A stretch of 64,000 nt of DNA from an uncultured Acidobacteriota bacterium (GTDB taxonomy: Bacteria > Acidobacteriota > Vicinamibacteria > Vicinamibacterales > UBA2999), in contig CAVSWX010000021.1 of the NCBI GenBank assembly GCA_963731785.1, positions 1,893 through 65,892 of the forward strand, given 5' to 3'. Made by a program: the position numbers and the translations under genes. Positions within the stretch are counted from its first letter, which is position 1, and each line of letters begins with the position of its first letter. The notes below the pieces were generated by a model, which worked only from the letters and a program-made list of their open reading frames with translations, made no database searches and had not been told where the DNA came from. Of this stretch, positions 50,037-61,876 are shown piece by piece.

Positions 50037-50055
50037 GGCGGGCTGAAGCCCCGCC
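50037..50055. repeat. GC hairpin of the GGCGGG-CTGAAG-CCCGCC type
   Basis: GGCGGG CTGAAGC CCCGCC in the 58-nt intergenic region. It is preceded by CCCTTTGGCTCA (50023-50034), a 12-mer that also follows the repeat at 56957-56968. Confidence 0.6.
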
Positions 50056-50064
50056 GACACCCTT

Positions 50065-51690
50065 ATGGACCAGCGGATTCGACGACTGATCGCGATGAGC
50101 GCGGTGGCGCTTGCGTGCCTGGTGCTCGTCACGGCCCGGGTGCCGGCCCAGCAGCGCGACCCCCTGCTGGTGGCGTACAACACCCTTGGCGCCAGCGTGA
50201 TGAACACCCTGCACATCGAGGGGTTCGGCGCCACGTACTCGGTGGGGCAGGCCCCGGCGCCGCGCGAGATGTGGCCGCGCGTCACGCTGAAGGCCTACGA
50301 GGCCGACGTCAACTTCACGCAGGGCTCCATGCGCGTCTCGCTCATCCGCGAGATGGGGCCGGTGCCGCCGCCCGGCGGCGGCCTCCCGTTCGTCGGCGAG
50401 CAGCGCGTCCTGCAGTTCGTGAGCGGCAACGCCGCGTGGGATCAGGCCGTGCCCAACCCGCCGCCGCCCGCGCGCGGCGGTCCACCGCCGGCCGCCGGCG
50501 CGGCGCCCACACCGCCGCCAACGCCACCGCCACCGCCTCCACCCGGACCGCCCCAGCCGCAGCCGCAGGCCGCGGCCGAACGCCTGCAGCACATCACCGC
50601 CCTCCCGCAAGGCTTCCTGAAGGCCGCGCGCGTCAACAAGGCCACGGTGCGCCCGGTGCCGCAGGGCACCGAGGTGTCGTTCACGGCCAACGGGCGCCGC
50701 TTCGTCGGGCTGATCAACGCGCGCCACGAGGTCGATCGCGTGCAGACCTGGGTGGACAACCCGGTGCTGGGCGACATGCTCGTCGAGACGATGTTCCGCG
50801 ACTACGAGAAGACCCCGAGCGGCGTGCTCTTCCCGATGCACATCACCCAGAGCCAGGGCGGCTACCCGGCGCTCGACGTGTGGCTGTCGGTCGTCACCGT
50901 CAACAGCAACATCGACATCGGCGTGCCCGACGCCGTCAAGACGGCCAAGCCACCCGTGGTGCGGGTGGACGTCGAGAAGATCAGCGACGGCGTCCACTAC
51001 CTGCGCGGCGGGTCGCACCACAGCGTCGCCATCGAGATGCAGGACCACGTGGTGCTGGTCGAGGCGCCGCTGGACGCGGCGCGCGCCTCGGCCGTCGTGG
51101 CCAAGGTGAAGGAGCTGCTGCCGCAGAAGCCCATTCGCGCGGTCGTCAACACCCACAGCCACTTCGACCACGCCGGCGGACTGCGGACGCTCGTTCATGA
51201 AGGCGCGACCGTGGTCACGCACGAGGCCAACAAGCCGTTCTTCGAGACGGCATGGGCCGCGCCGCGCACGCTGAACCCGGATGCGCTGGCGGGTTCGCGC
51301 AAGCCCGCCGTGTTCCAGACCTTTGCCGACAAGCACGTCCTCACCGACGGCGCGCGCACGATCGAGGTGCACCGCATCGCGGGCAGCCCGCACAACGAGG
51401 CGTTTGCGATGGTGTATCTCCCGGCCGAGAAACTGCTCATCGAGGCCGACGCGTTCACGCCGGGTCCGGCGGCGCCAGCTCCGGCGGCCGGCGCCAAGCC
51501 TCCTGCGGCCGCCGCGCCGCGACCGCCTCCGCCGCCTCCCAGCCCCACCACCGTCAACCTGTACGAAAACGTGCAGCGGCTGAAGCTCGACGTGGCGCGC
51601 ATTGCCGCCCTGCACGGGCCGCGCGTGGCATCGATCGAGGATCTCGCGCAGAGCCGCCGGCCGCTAAACGTCAACGAGGAGGAGACATGA
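50065..51690 (+). CDS. secreted two-domain MBL-fold metallo-hydrolase with poly-Pro linkers
   Basis: Intact 541-aa ORF. It has a signal peptide, an N-terminal ~130-aa domain and the linker PPPPARGGPPPAAGAAPTPPPTPPPPPPPGPPQPQPQ. The MBL core carries VVNTHSHFDHAGG (HxHxDH), and a second Pro-rich stretch lies near the C-terminus. Confidence 0.78.
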   Translation: MDQRIRRLIAMSAVALACLVLVTARVPAQQRDPLLVAYNTLGASVMNTLHIEGFGATYSVGQAPAPREMWPRVTLKAYEADVNFTQGSMRVSLIREMGPVPPPGGGLPFVGEQRVLQFVSGNAAWDQAVPNPPPPARGGPPPAAGAAPTPPPTPPPPPPPGPPQPQPQAAAERLQHITALPQGFLKAARVNKATVRPVPQGTEVSFTANGRRFVGLINARHEVDRVQTWVDNPVLGDMLVETMFRDYEKTPSGVLFPMHITQSQGGYPALDVWLSVVTVNSNIDIGVPDAVKTAKPPVVRVDVEKISDGVHYLRGGSHHSVAIEMQDHVVLVEAPLDAARASAVVAKVKELLPQKPIRAVVNTHSHFDHAGGLRTLVHEGATVVTHEANKPFFETAWAAPRTLNPDALAGSRKPAVFQTFADKHVLTDGARTIEVHRIAGSPHNEAFAMVYLPAEKLLIEADAFTPGPAAPAPAAGAKPPAAAAPRPPPPPPSPTTVNLYENVQRLKLDVARIAALHGPRVASIEDLAQSRRPLNVNEEET

Positions 51691-52622
51691 AACGGGTATT
51701 CGTGCTCGGAGCGATTCTGCTGGCCGGCGGCGTGGGCGCCGCGATCGTCCAGGCGCAGCAGGCCGCGGCGCCGCCGCAGGGCCGTGGGGGCGGGCCGGCG
51801 TTTCCGCCGGTGAGCGCCGCCGAGAAGGTGGCGGACAACCTCTACATGGTGCCGGGCCAGGGCGGCAACACCGCGGTGTGGGTGATGGCCAACGGCGTGC
51901 TGCTCGTCGACACCAAGCTCGCCAACAACGGGCAGGCGATCCTCGACGAAGTGAAGAAGGTCACCGACAAGCCCGTGACCTACATCGTCAACACCCACAC
52001 GCACGGCGACCACACCGGCAGCAACCAGTTCTTCCCGGCGAGCGTGCAGGTCGTGGTGCAGGAGAACACCGCGGCCAACATGGCCAAGATGGACGTGTTC
52101 AAGGAAGCGGCCAACAAGCACGGTCTCGCCGATCGCACCTACAAGGACAAGCTGACCCTCTTCCGCGGCAAGGAAGAGGTGGAGCTGCGCTACTTCGGCG
52201 CCGCCCACACCGACGGCGACTCGTTCATCGTCTTCAAGAGCGCGCGCGTGATGCACTCGGGCGACGCCTTCGCGAACAAGGGGCAGCCGTTCATCGACCG
52301 CGCCAACGGCGGCAGCGGCGTGGCCTATCCCGCCACGCTCAAGAAGGCGGCGCGCGAGATCAAGAACGTGGACAAGGTGATTACCGGCCACAGTCCCGTC
52401 ATGACGTTCCAGGACTTCGTGGACGCCGGCGACTTCAACCAGCTGATGCTCGACCACGCCCGCGCGGCGCTGCGGCCGAACAAGACGCCGGAGCAGGCCC
52501 TGAAGGAGTTCACGCTGCCCGAGAGCTTCAAGGCCAAGGGCTTCACGGCCCCGGGCCCCGGCCGCGGCGGTGCCGGCGGCAACTTCGCCGTGCTCTTCGA
52601 GGAGCTCAAGACCGCGAAGTAG
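51687..52622 (+). CDS. secreted MBL-fold metallo-hydrolase
   Basis: ATG 51687 overlaps the upstream TGA (ATGA). MKRVFVLGAILLAGGVGAAIVQAQ...LLVDTKLANNGQAILDEVKKVTDKPVTYIVNTHTHGDHTGSN...AHTDGDSFIVF...ITGHSP. Confidence 0.8.
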   Translation: MKRVFVLGAILLAGGVGAAIVQAQQAAAPPQGRGGGPAFPPVSAAEKVADNLYMVPGQGGNTAVWVMANGVLLVDTKLANNGQAILDEVKKVTDKPVTYIVNTHTHGDHTGSNQFFPASVQVVVQENTAANMAKMDVFKEAANKHGLADRTYKDKLTLFRGKEEVELRYFGAAHTDGDSFIVFKSARVMHSGDAFANKGQPFIDRANGGSGVAYPATLKKAAREIKNVDKVITGHSPVMTFQDFVDAGDFNQLMLDHARAALRPNKTPEQALKEFTLPESFKAKGFTAPGPGRGGAGGNFAVLFEELKTAK

Positions 52623-52691
52623 CGGGGCAGTCCGGCCGCGACGCGCCACGCCATCGCCCGGGCCGGCCGGCCGCGTGTCCAAGGAGGCTTC

Positions 52692-53673
52692 GTGAAGGCA
52701 GTTCGAGTCCACGCGCACGGAGGGCCCGAGGCCCTGCGCTACGAAGAGGTCGAGGTTCCGCGTCCCGGGCCCAACGAGGCGCTGGTCCGGATCGAAGTGT
52801 CGGGCGTCAACTTCATCGACGTCCAATACCGCGCCGGGAAGTACAAGCCGCCGAGCCTGCCGTTCGTGGACGGGATGGAGGCCGCGGGCACCGTCGCCGA
52901 AGTCGGTCCCGGGGTCACCGGCCTCGCCCCGGGCGATCGCGTGGCGTACACCATGGTGCTCGGCACCTATGCCGAGTACCAGGTCGTGCCGGCGGCGCGG
53001 CTGGTCACGCTGCCGGCGCACGTCGACTTCCACTCGGGCGCGGCGGTCATGCTGCAGGGCACGACCGCGCACTACCTCACGCACAGCACGTTTCCGTTGA
53101 GCCCGGGTCACACCGCGCTCGTGCATGCGGGCGCGGGCGGCGTCGGCCAGCTGATCATCCAGGTGGCGCGCAAGCGCGGCGCGCGCGTGCTGGCCACCGC
53201 CGGCACCGACGCGAAAGCCGAACTGGCCCGCGCCGCCGGCGCCGAGCACGCTATCATCTACACACGGCAGGACTTCGAAGCCGAAGTCAGACGGCTGACC
53301 GACGGCCGGGGTGTCGATGTGGTGTACGACTCCGTGGGCAAGGACACGTTCGACAAGAGCCTGAACTGTCTGCGGCCACGCGGCTGCCTGGCCCTCTTCG
53401 GCTTCTCGAGCGGTCCGGTGGCGCCCTTCGACCCGGCGGTGCTCGGCGCCAAGGGGTCGCTCTTCCTCACCCGTCCCGGTCTCAATCAGTACATCGCCAC
53501 GCGTGACGAGCTCGTCGGCCGCACTCGCGATCTGTTCGCGTGGATCGGCGCCGGCGAGCTGACGCCTGCCCGTGGGCGCCACCTATCCGTTGTCGGAGGC
53601 CGCGACGGCCCATACCGAGCTCGAAGCGCGGCGCACCACCGGCAAGCTGCTGCTTCAGATTGGAGGGCGGTGA
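52692..53673 (+). CDS. NADPH:quinone oxidoreductase (zinc-type ADH superfamily, Qor-like) (one apparent frameshift near 53570)
   Basis: [51 protein letters not shown]...[30 protein letters not shown]. My own translation of the shifted tail gives [33 protein letters not shown], with stop at 53671-53673. Confidence 0.82.
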
Positions 53674-55754
53674 CCGACGCCGCCGCGGCGGGCTCGCGCG
53701 CATCGCCGCCGCGCGAGTTCACCGAGCTCCTGATCGAGCTGTCGGTCGCGCTGCACAAGCACGCGATGTATCCCCTGGGCCACCCCTCGCTCGGGCCCGC
53801 GGCCGAGGGGGTGACGCGCCAGGTGGAGCGCCTGTTGGGCGATCGCGACCTGATTGCCTTTGGCGTCGCGCGGCATCAGCTGATCATCGAAGGCATCGCG
53901 ACCGACGCGCAGCACCCGGTGCTGCGTCGTCTGGCCGAAATCCTCCACCGCCATCATCTCGGTGCGGTCAGCCTGCTCAAGGGCCTCCAGCCTGCCGAAG
54001 TGGGCGTCGCGCTGCACGCGCTCGCCGCCGAGCCCGATCGCGACGGTCCGCTGCCGCTCACGGGCGGTCACCTGCCCGGCTGCGATCACGTCCGCCTGCA
54101 CCCGCTGACCTTCGAGGGGCTCACGATCGTCGGCGACAGCGGTGCCGAGGGCCGATGGCGGCGCGTCATCCCGCAGCGCCGAGCTCTGGGTGGGACTGGC
54201 GCGCGCGGCCCTGGCCGGCGATCGTGAAGGGCGCGGCGCCGCGGTCGAAGGCGACACTGTGCCTGCAGAGGCCGCCGCGCACGCCGAGCCGGCGCGCATC
54301 GCCGACGCGATCGACCGCCGGCAGGGCGCCGAGGCCTACGACCAGGTGGTCGTCGGCTACCTGCTGCAGATTGCCAGCGAGCTCAAGAGCGCGACCGGCG
54401 CGGAAGCCGAGGCGCTGCGCGCCCGCACCGCGCGGCTCATCAGCGCGCTGAAGCCCGACACGCTGCGCCGCCTGGTGACGATGGGCGGCGACGCCGCGCG
54501 GCGCAACGCCTTCGTGTCGGATGCGACGCAGGGCATGGCCGTCGATGCCGTCATCGATCTGGTGAAGGCCGCCGCCGACGCCAACGGCCAGACGATTTCG
54601 CACGGGCTGGTGCGGATGCTGACCAAGCTCTCGGCGCACGCCGAGGCCGGCCAGGAGGCGACGCGGCCCGCGGCCGACAGCGCGCTTGCGCGAACAGGTG
54701 CAGGGCCTGCTGAGCGAGTGGAACCTGGCCGATCCCAACCCGGACGACTACCGCCAGATGCTGCAGTACCTGGCGACGTCGGCCACGCCGGCCGAGGGCC
54801 GGACGACGTCGGCGGACGATCTGAAGGCTCTGCGCCTCGTGCAGATGTCGCTCGAGGTGGGCACGTCGGGACCGCTCGTCGATCGCGCCATCAGCACCTG
54901 CCTCAAGGACGGCGGCGCGCAGCCGCTCGTGGCGCTGCTCGAACAGGCGCCCGAGGGCAGCACGCGTGGCCGCCGAGCGGCTCCGGGCCCGCCTGACGCA
55001 GCCGCTGGCGATCGGCACCATCGCGTCGCGCGAACCGCTCGACGAGCCCAGTCTCGACTATCTGATGCCGTCGCTGTCCTACGACGGCTACGCGCACGCT
55101 GCTCGACGTGCTGGCCTCATCGCGGAGCCGCATCACGCGCCGCAAGCTGCTCGATCGCCTCGCCCGGACGTCGCTCGACGTCGTGGCGCTCGTCGCCTCG
55201 CGTCTCGAAGACGACCGCTGGTACGTGCAGCGCAACATGCTGCTGCTGCTCGGGCGGATGGGCCGGGTGCCGGCGGACTTCTCGATGACGCGCTGGACCA
55301 CGCACGCCGATCCCCGCATCCGCTCCGAGGCGCTGCGATTGCAGATGGCGCTGCCCGGCCAGCGCGAGCTGGCCCTGCGCACCGCGTTCAACGACGCCGA
55401 CCCGCGGGTCGTGCGCGTCGGGGTGGCGAGCGTGCAGCACGACTGCCCGCCGCGGGTGCTCGGTTTCGTCGCCGGCCTCGCGCAGGGCGTGCGAGTGCCC
55501 GAGGATCTGCGGCTGCTGGCGGTGCAGGCGCTCGGCAGCTCGCGCGAGCGCGCGGCGCTCGACGCGCTGGTCGCGATCGCCGACGGCGGCAAGAGCGTCT
55601 TCGGCCGTCAGAAGCTGGCGGCCAAGAGCATCGTGATGCTGGCGGCGCTGCGGGCGCTGGCCGCCGGCGTGGCGCGCGCACCCGCGGGCCGCAGCCGCTG
55701 CTGGCGGCGGCGTCCACGTCGCCCGACGACGACATTCGCGACGCGATCCGATAG
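53670..55754 (+). CDS. large regulatory-type protein: an N-terminal domain shared with the neighbouring HD-GYP protein plus C-terminal HEAT/PBS-lyase-like repeats (several apparent frameshifts)
   Basis: GTG 53670 overlaps the qor stop (GTGA). [40 protein letters not shown]...; ...[40 protein letters not shown]...; ...[21 protein letters not shown]...[15 protein letters not shown]...[15 protein letters not shown]...LLAVQALG (HEAT-like). It ends ...[13 protein letters not shown], with stop at 55752-55754. Confidence 0.55.
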
Positions 55755-55762
55755 GGAGGGTG

Positions 55763-56915
55763 ATGGCCGATCCGACCGGATTCCTCCACTCGCTGGCGCA
55801 GGCGCTGTCGGTGATGGCGCTCTACCCGGCGGGGCATCCCTCGCGCGAGCGGGCCATCGACCTGGCCTACCAGCACGCCGAGGAGCTCTCCGGCGACCGC
55901 CGCGCCTTCACGTTCCTGGAGGACGAGGTCGTCTACGGCCGCGACCGCCTGCGCGACCTCAAGGGCTGGGACTGGGCGAGCCGGCTGGTGGGCGTCGGCA
56001 TCCAGCGGCTGGAGTTCGAGCGGCAGGTCACGCGCGACGAGTTCGACGAGTTCCTGCAGGAGATCTTCATCGCGCCTCAACCCCGCGCCGGTGGACACGG
56101 CGGAGCGGCGCCAGATGCGGTCGTTCGGCATCCGGTTCGGCTCGGTGGGGCTGCAGGACCAGGGCGCGCCGCCGGCCCCGCCCGAGACCACGCTCGACGT
56201 CACGCTCGGCGACGAGGCGGAGACGTTCCGCTGGCTGCAGGACGAGATCCGCGACCAGGGCATCGTGCCGCTGATGGAGGCCGAGGCCGTGGTGCGGTCG
56301 CTCTCGGTGGCGATGCATGCGGATCGGCGCATGGTGCTGCCGCTGCTGCAGCTGAAGGAGTTCGATCAGTACACGACCACGCACGCGCTCAACGTCGCCG
56401 TGCTGTCGATGGCGCTGGCCCAGGCGCTCGGCGTGCCGAAGAAGCAGATCCGCGCGATCGGCGTGGCGGGCCTGCTGCACGACATCGGCAAGATCCGCAT
56501 TCCGCTCGAGGTGCTGACCAAGCCCGGCAAGCTCAGCGACGAAGAGCGCCGCATCATGAACCAGCATCCCGTGGATGCCGCGCGCATCATCATGGAGAGC
56601 GAAGAGGAACTGGAACTGGCGGCGGTGGTCGCCTACGAGCACCACATCATGCTCGACGGCGGCGGCTACCCGGAGGTGCACTACGCCCGCGAGTGCACGC
56701 TGGCGAGCCGCATGGTGCACGTGTGCGACGTGTTCGATGCGCTCAGCACCACGCGGCCTTACCGCGAGGCGTGGCCGCAGGACAAGGTACTGAGCTATCT
56801 CGACGAACGTGCCGGCAGCGAGTTCGACCCTGAGCTGGTGACGGCCTTCAACCAGATGATGCGGGCCGGGGCCGCGCAGGTGCGCGTGCTGAACGAGGAA
56901 CGGACGACGACGTAG
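55763..56915 (+). CDS. HD-GYP domain protein (c-di-GMP phosphodiesterase family) (one apparent frameshift near 56080)
   Basis: GGGAGGG RBS + ATG 55763: MADPTGFLHSLAQALSVMALYPAGHPSRERAIDLAYQH... (ORF 55760..). It joins ORF 56091..56915: ...TTHALNVAVLSMALAQALGV...AGLLHDIGKIRIP...NQHPVDAARII...AYEHHIMLDGGGYPE...HVCDVFDALSTTRPYR. Confidence 0.82.
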
Positions 56916-56957
56916 GTCAGGTGGCTCCGGGTTCGGACCTGGCTGACCTACCTGACC
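56912..56957. repeat. palindromic copy of the 9-mer element between convergent genes
   Basis: GTAGGTCAG GTGGC (56912-56925, whose TAG is the HD-GYP stop codon at 56913-56915), an inner TCCG-GGTT-CGGA hairpin, then CTGACCTACCTGACC (56943-56957), the inverted units. Confidence 0.85.
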
Positions 56958-56964
56958 CTTTGGC

Positions 56965-57348
56965 TCAGGAGACCTGCGTCGAGATCCACCACTGGTTGCC
57001 GGAGGGGTCGGCGACGCCGCCGCGTTTGTCGGGGTCGCCGTCGCGCTGGGATGGGGCCTGGATGCTGCTGCCGCCGGCGGCGAGCGCGCGCTGATAGGTG
57101 GCGTCCACGTCGGGCACGTAGACGTGCAGCCAGGCCGGCACCGCGGGCCAGTCGCCGTGCGCGTCGGCCAGCATGATCACCGAGTCGTCGAGGCGCATCT
57201 CGGCGTGCATGATGCGGCCGTCGTGGTCGAAGCGCCGCAGCGGCGTGGCGTCGAACACGGCGGTGACGAAGTCGATGACGCTCTGGCCGCCCCTGGCCAT
57301 GATGTACACGGACACGCTGGGATAGCCGTCGGGCTTGTAGGCGCTCAT
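56965..57348 (-). CDS. VOC (glyoxalase/bleomycin-resistance/dioxygenase) family protein
   Basis: Last 127 codons of ORF 56965..57552, from ATG 57346-57348: MSAYKPDGYPSVSVYIMARGGQSVIDFVTAVFDATPLRRFDHDGRIMHAEMRLDDSVIMLADAH...GGVADPSGNQWWIS. Confidence 0.75.
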   Translation of the reverse strand: MSAYKPDGYPSVSVYIMARGGQSVIDFVTAVFDATPLRRFDHDGRIMHAEMRLDDSVIMLADAHGDWPAVPAWLHVYVPDVDATYQRALAAGGSSIQAPSQRDGDPDKRGGVADPSGNQWWISTQVS

Positions 57349-57399
57349 GGCGGCGATTGTAGCGGCGTGCCGCCACGCCCTGACCGAGCCTGATGTCCG

Positions 57400-57575
57400 A
57401 GACCTGTACACCTCGGCCACCGCCTCGTTTTCGACCAACGCGAGGCTCCGTGGAGTATCAGCGGGGAGCGAGCTGTTTGTGGTGTACAACGAAGAGAGGT
57501 ACACCTCCTCCCTGGGCGTACAGGGGCTGTCGACCCGATCCATCATCGTCAAGGTGAACCGGCTGTTCCACTACC
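57400..57575 (+). pseudogene. orphan 3' remnant of an outer-membrane (DUF5916-like) protein gene
   Basis: Frame of ORF 57347..58588: ...FSTNARLRGVSAGSELFVVYNEERYTSSLGVQGLSTRSIIVKVNRLFHY. This resembles the conserved C-terminal strands of that OMP family as I remember them (PGSELFVVYNE...RS.IVK..RLF.[FY]*). No corresponding upstream gene body exists, because the VOC gene occupies it on the other strand. Confidence 0.35.
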
Positions 57576-57581
57576 GACTAG

Positions 57582-60232
<2,651 letters not shown>

Positions 60233-60283
60233 ACGACGGAAAAGACGTCGCGCGCCGATCGCGGCGCGAGACGCCCGAGGAAT

Positions 60284-60957
60284 CTAGAAGCGGTAGCCGA
60301 TGCCCGCCGTGACCTGCGAGAAATCCAGCTTGCTGGACATCTCGTAGGCGCTGCGATAGCGGTAGCCGATGTCGAAGTGGGTGCGGCCGGAACCGATGCC
60401 CACGCCGAACGCGGCCTCGACCATGGGGCCCGTGTTGCCTTCACTGGCGAGGGAGAGGTCCGATTCGCCGAGACCGAAGTCGTTGAAGACGGCTCGCGTC
60501 ACATCACCAAGGCGCGCTTCGACGACCGTGCGCTTGAGATTGATGACGCCGGCCCCGCCCACCCACATACGGGCGGATGGAGCCGCTGCCGAACACGTAC
60601 TTGCCGCCCACCACGAAGGCTCACGCCACGGTCGCGGCCGCTGAGCGACCAGGTGTCGCCGGTAAGGTTGGTCAACCTGTTCGCCTGGTCTTCGAGACCG
60701 TCGCGCAGCGACTGCCCCATCAGGTTCTCGAAGTAGGAGAACGTGGCGTAGGCCTGGGCATGGCGACCGAGGTGCTCGGCGATCTCCACGCCGAAGACGG
60801 GCTCGGTGGGCGGACGCGACACCGCGCCGCCGATCGCGGCGATGTACCAGCGCGGCTCCGCCGTGGTGCCGGGAGCCGGGGCCCCCTGCGCGAAGGCGGA
60901 GACGGACGAGACGATGGCCAGAACGAATGCTGCCGAGATCGAGTGACGCGCGTTCAT
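60284..60957 (-). CDS. outer-membrane beta-barrel protein (OmpA-beta/OmpW/opacity-like small barrel) (one apparent frameshift near 60590)
   Basis: ORF 60499..60957: MNARHSISAAFVLAIVSSVSAFAQGAP...RWYIAAIGGAV...AYATFSYFENL... It joins ORF 60284..60568: ...VGGAGVINLKRTVVEA...VEAAFGVGIGSGRTHFDIGYRYRSAYEMSSKLDFSQVTAGIGYRF* (aromatic C-terminus). Confidence 0.6.
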
Positions 60958-60975
60958 CGCATTGGCTCCTGAAAA

Positions 60976-61593
60976 CTAGCGGCGGGTCAAGCTTTGGAAC
61001 GAGTGGTTCGCGACCAGCGCGCCCAACGGTCCGTCTTCGTCGGAGACGTTGTAGGTGTGTGCCGCGATGCCGGTGATGGATGTGGGATTGATGGGATCGT
61101 CGAACCTCGCGGTCACGCTCGAGCCCACCAGGTCAAGCTCGTGAGTGTCTGCCGTCTCGGGCAAAGGAAGGTCAGAGGCTTCTCCGTGCACTGTTCCGCA
61201 TGCAGCACGAAGCTGTTGCCGGAACCGATGCGGCCCTTGTATTCGCACGCCAGGCCGGTCGTCGATGACACGAGCTTGGCCGTCAGATCACTGCCCGACT
61301 GCGTAATCAACAGCGTGTGGTCGTTCCTCTCGCCAATCACCTTGTCGAACGCCGCTCCCGCGCACGCGGACGCACCCGCCTTGAGCGCGGGGCCAGTGCC
61401 ACCCGCCACGCCGGTCAACGTCAATCTCGCCGCCCCAGTTTCCGCTCAGTCGTGGCAACAGCAGATCCGACAGCGACGAAGGGCCCGTGGGGGTGGCCGG
61501 GGTGGCCGGGGTCCCGTTGACACTATCCCCGCAGGAGGCCGTCGCCAGTCGCCGAGGCGAAGAGGCCCGCGAACAACGCGGCTCGTGAATTCA
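60976..61593 (-). CDS. putative lipoprotein, unknown function (apparent frameshifts)
   Basis: AGGAG RBS + ATG 61591-61593. My own translation gives MNSRAALFAGLFASAT / LATASCGDSVNGTPATPATPTGPSS (lipobox-like TASC after a 1-nt shift). Then ORF 61113..61424 (...LTLTGVAGGTGPALKAGASACAGAAFDKVIGERNDHTLLITQSGSDLTAKLVSSTTGLACEYKGRIGSGNSFVLHAEQCTEKPLTFLCP). Then ORF 60976..61248 (...DLVGSSVTARFDDPINPTSITGIAAHTYNVSDEDGPLGALVANHSFQSLTRR*). Confidence 0.45.
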
Positions 61594-61745
61594 TCTGACA
61601 AAACTCCTTGTGCACGTACGGTGCGCCGTGCGGTTGCCCATGAGGCTGCAAGTTCCATGCACAGCCTTTTGCACGCGATAGCGCGTGAAGTGCACCGCGC
61701 CATCTGCCCCCTCACAGACATGAATCTGCTTCCAGGTAGATAAGC

Positions 61746-61793
61746 CTTCGCCGACCTGCGCGCGTCTGCTCGTACTTGGGCGCAAAGATCTGA
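61746..61793. repeat. direct repeat copy 2 (orphan duplicate of the thrA 3' end, including a stop codon)
   Basis: CTTCGCCGACCTGCGCGCGTCTGCTCGTACTTGGGCGCAAAGATCTGA still encodes RVCSYLGAKI*. Differences from copy 1 are a 1-nt deletion, AAA->AAG and TAA->TGA. Confidence 0.9.
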
Positions 61794-61876
61794 CGAAGTC
61801 GCTCGCCGCGTCCTCCGCCTCGCCTCGCGGTTGGCGGTGGGCCCCGGCGGTCACTCCGCAGGTAGACTGCTCGTGC

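Noticed and set aside
60233-61745. Calling the thrA-flanked insertion a mobile element or genomic island feature
   Set aside because: No integrase, transposase, excisionase or terminal inverted repeats are visible in the window. Only the direct repeat supports mobility, so it is reported as a finding rather than annotated as a mobile_element.
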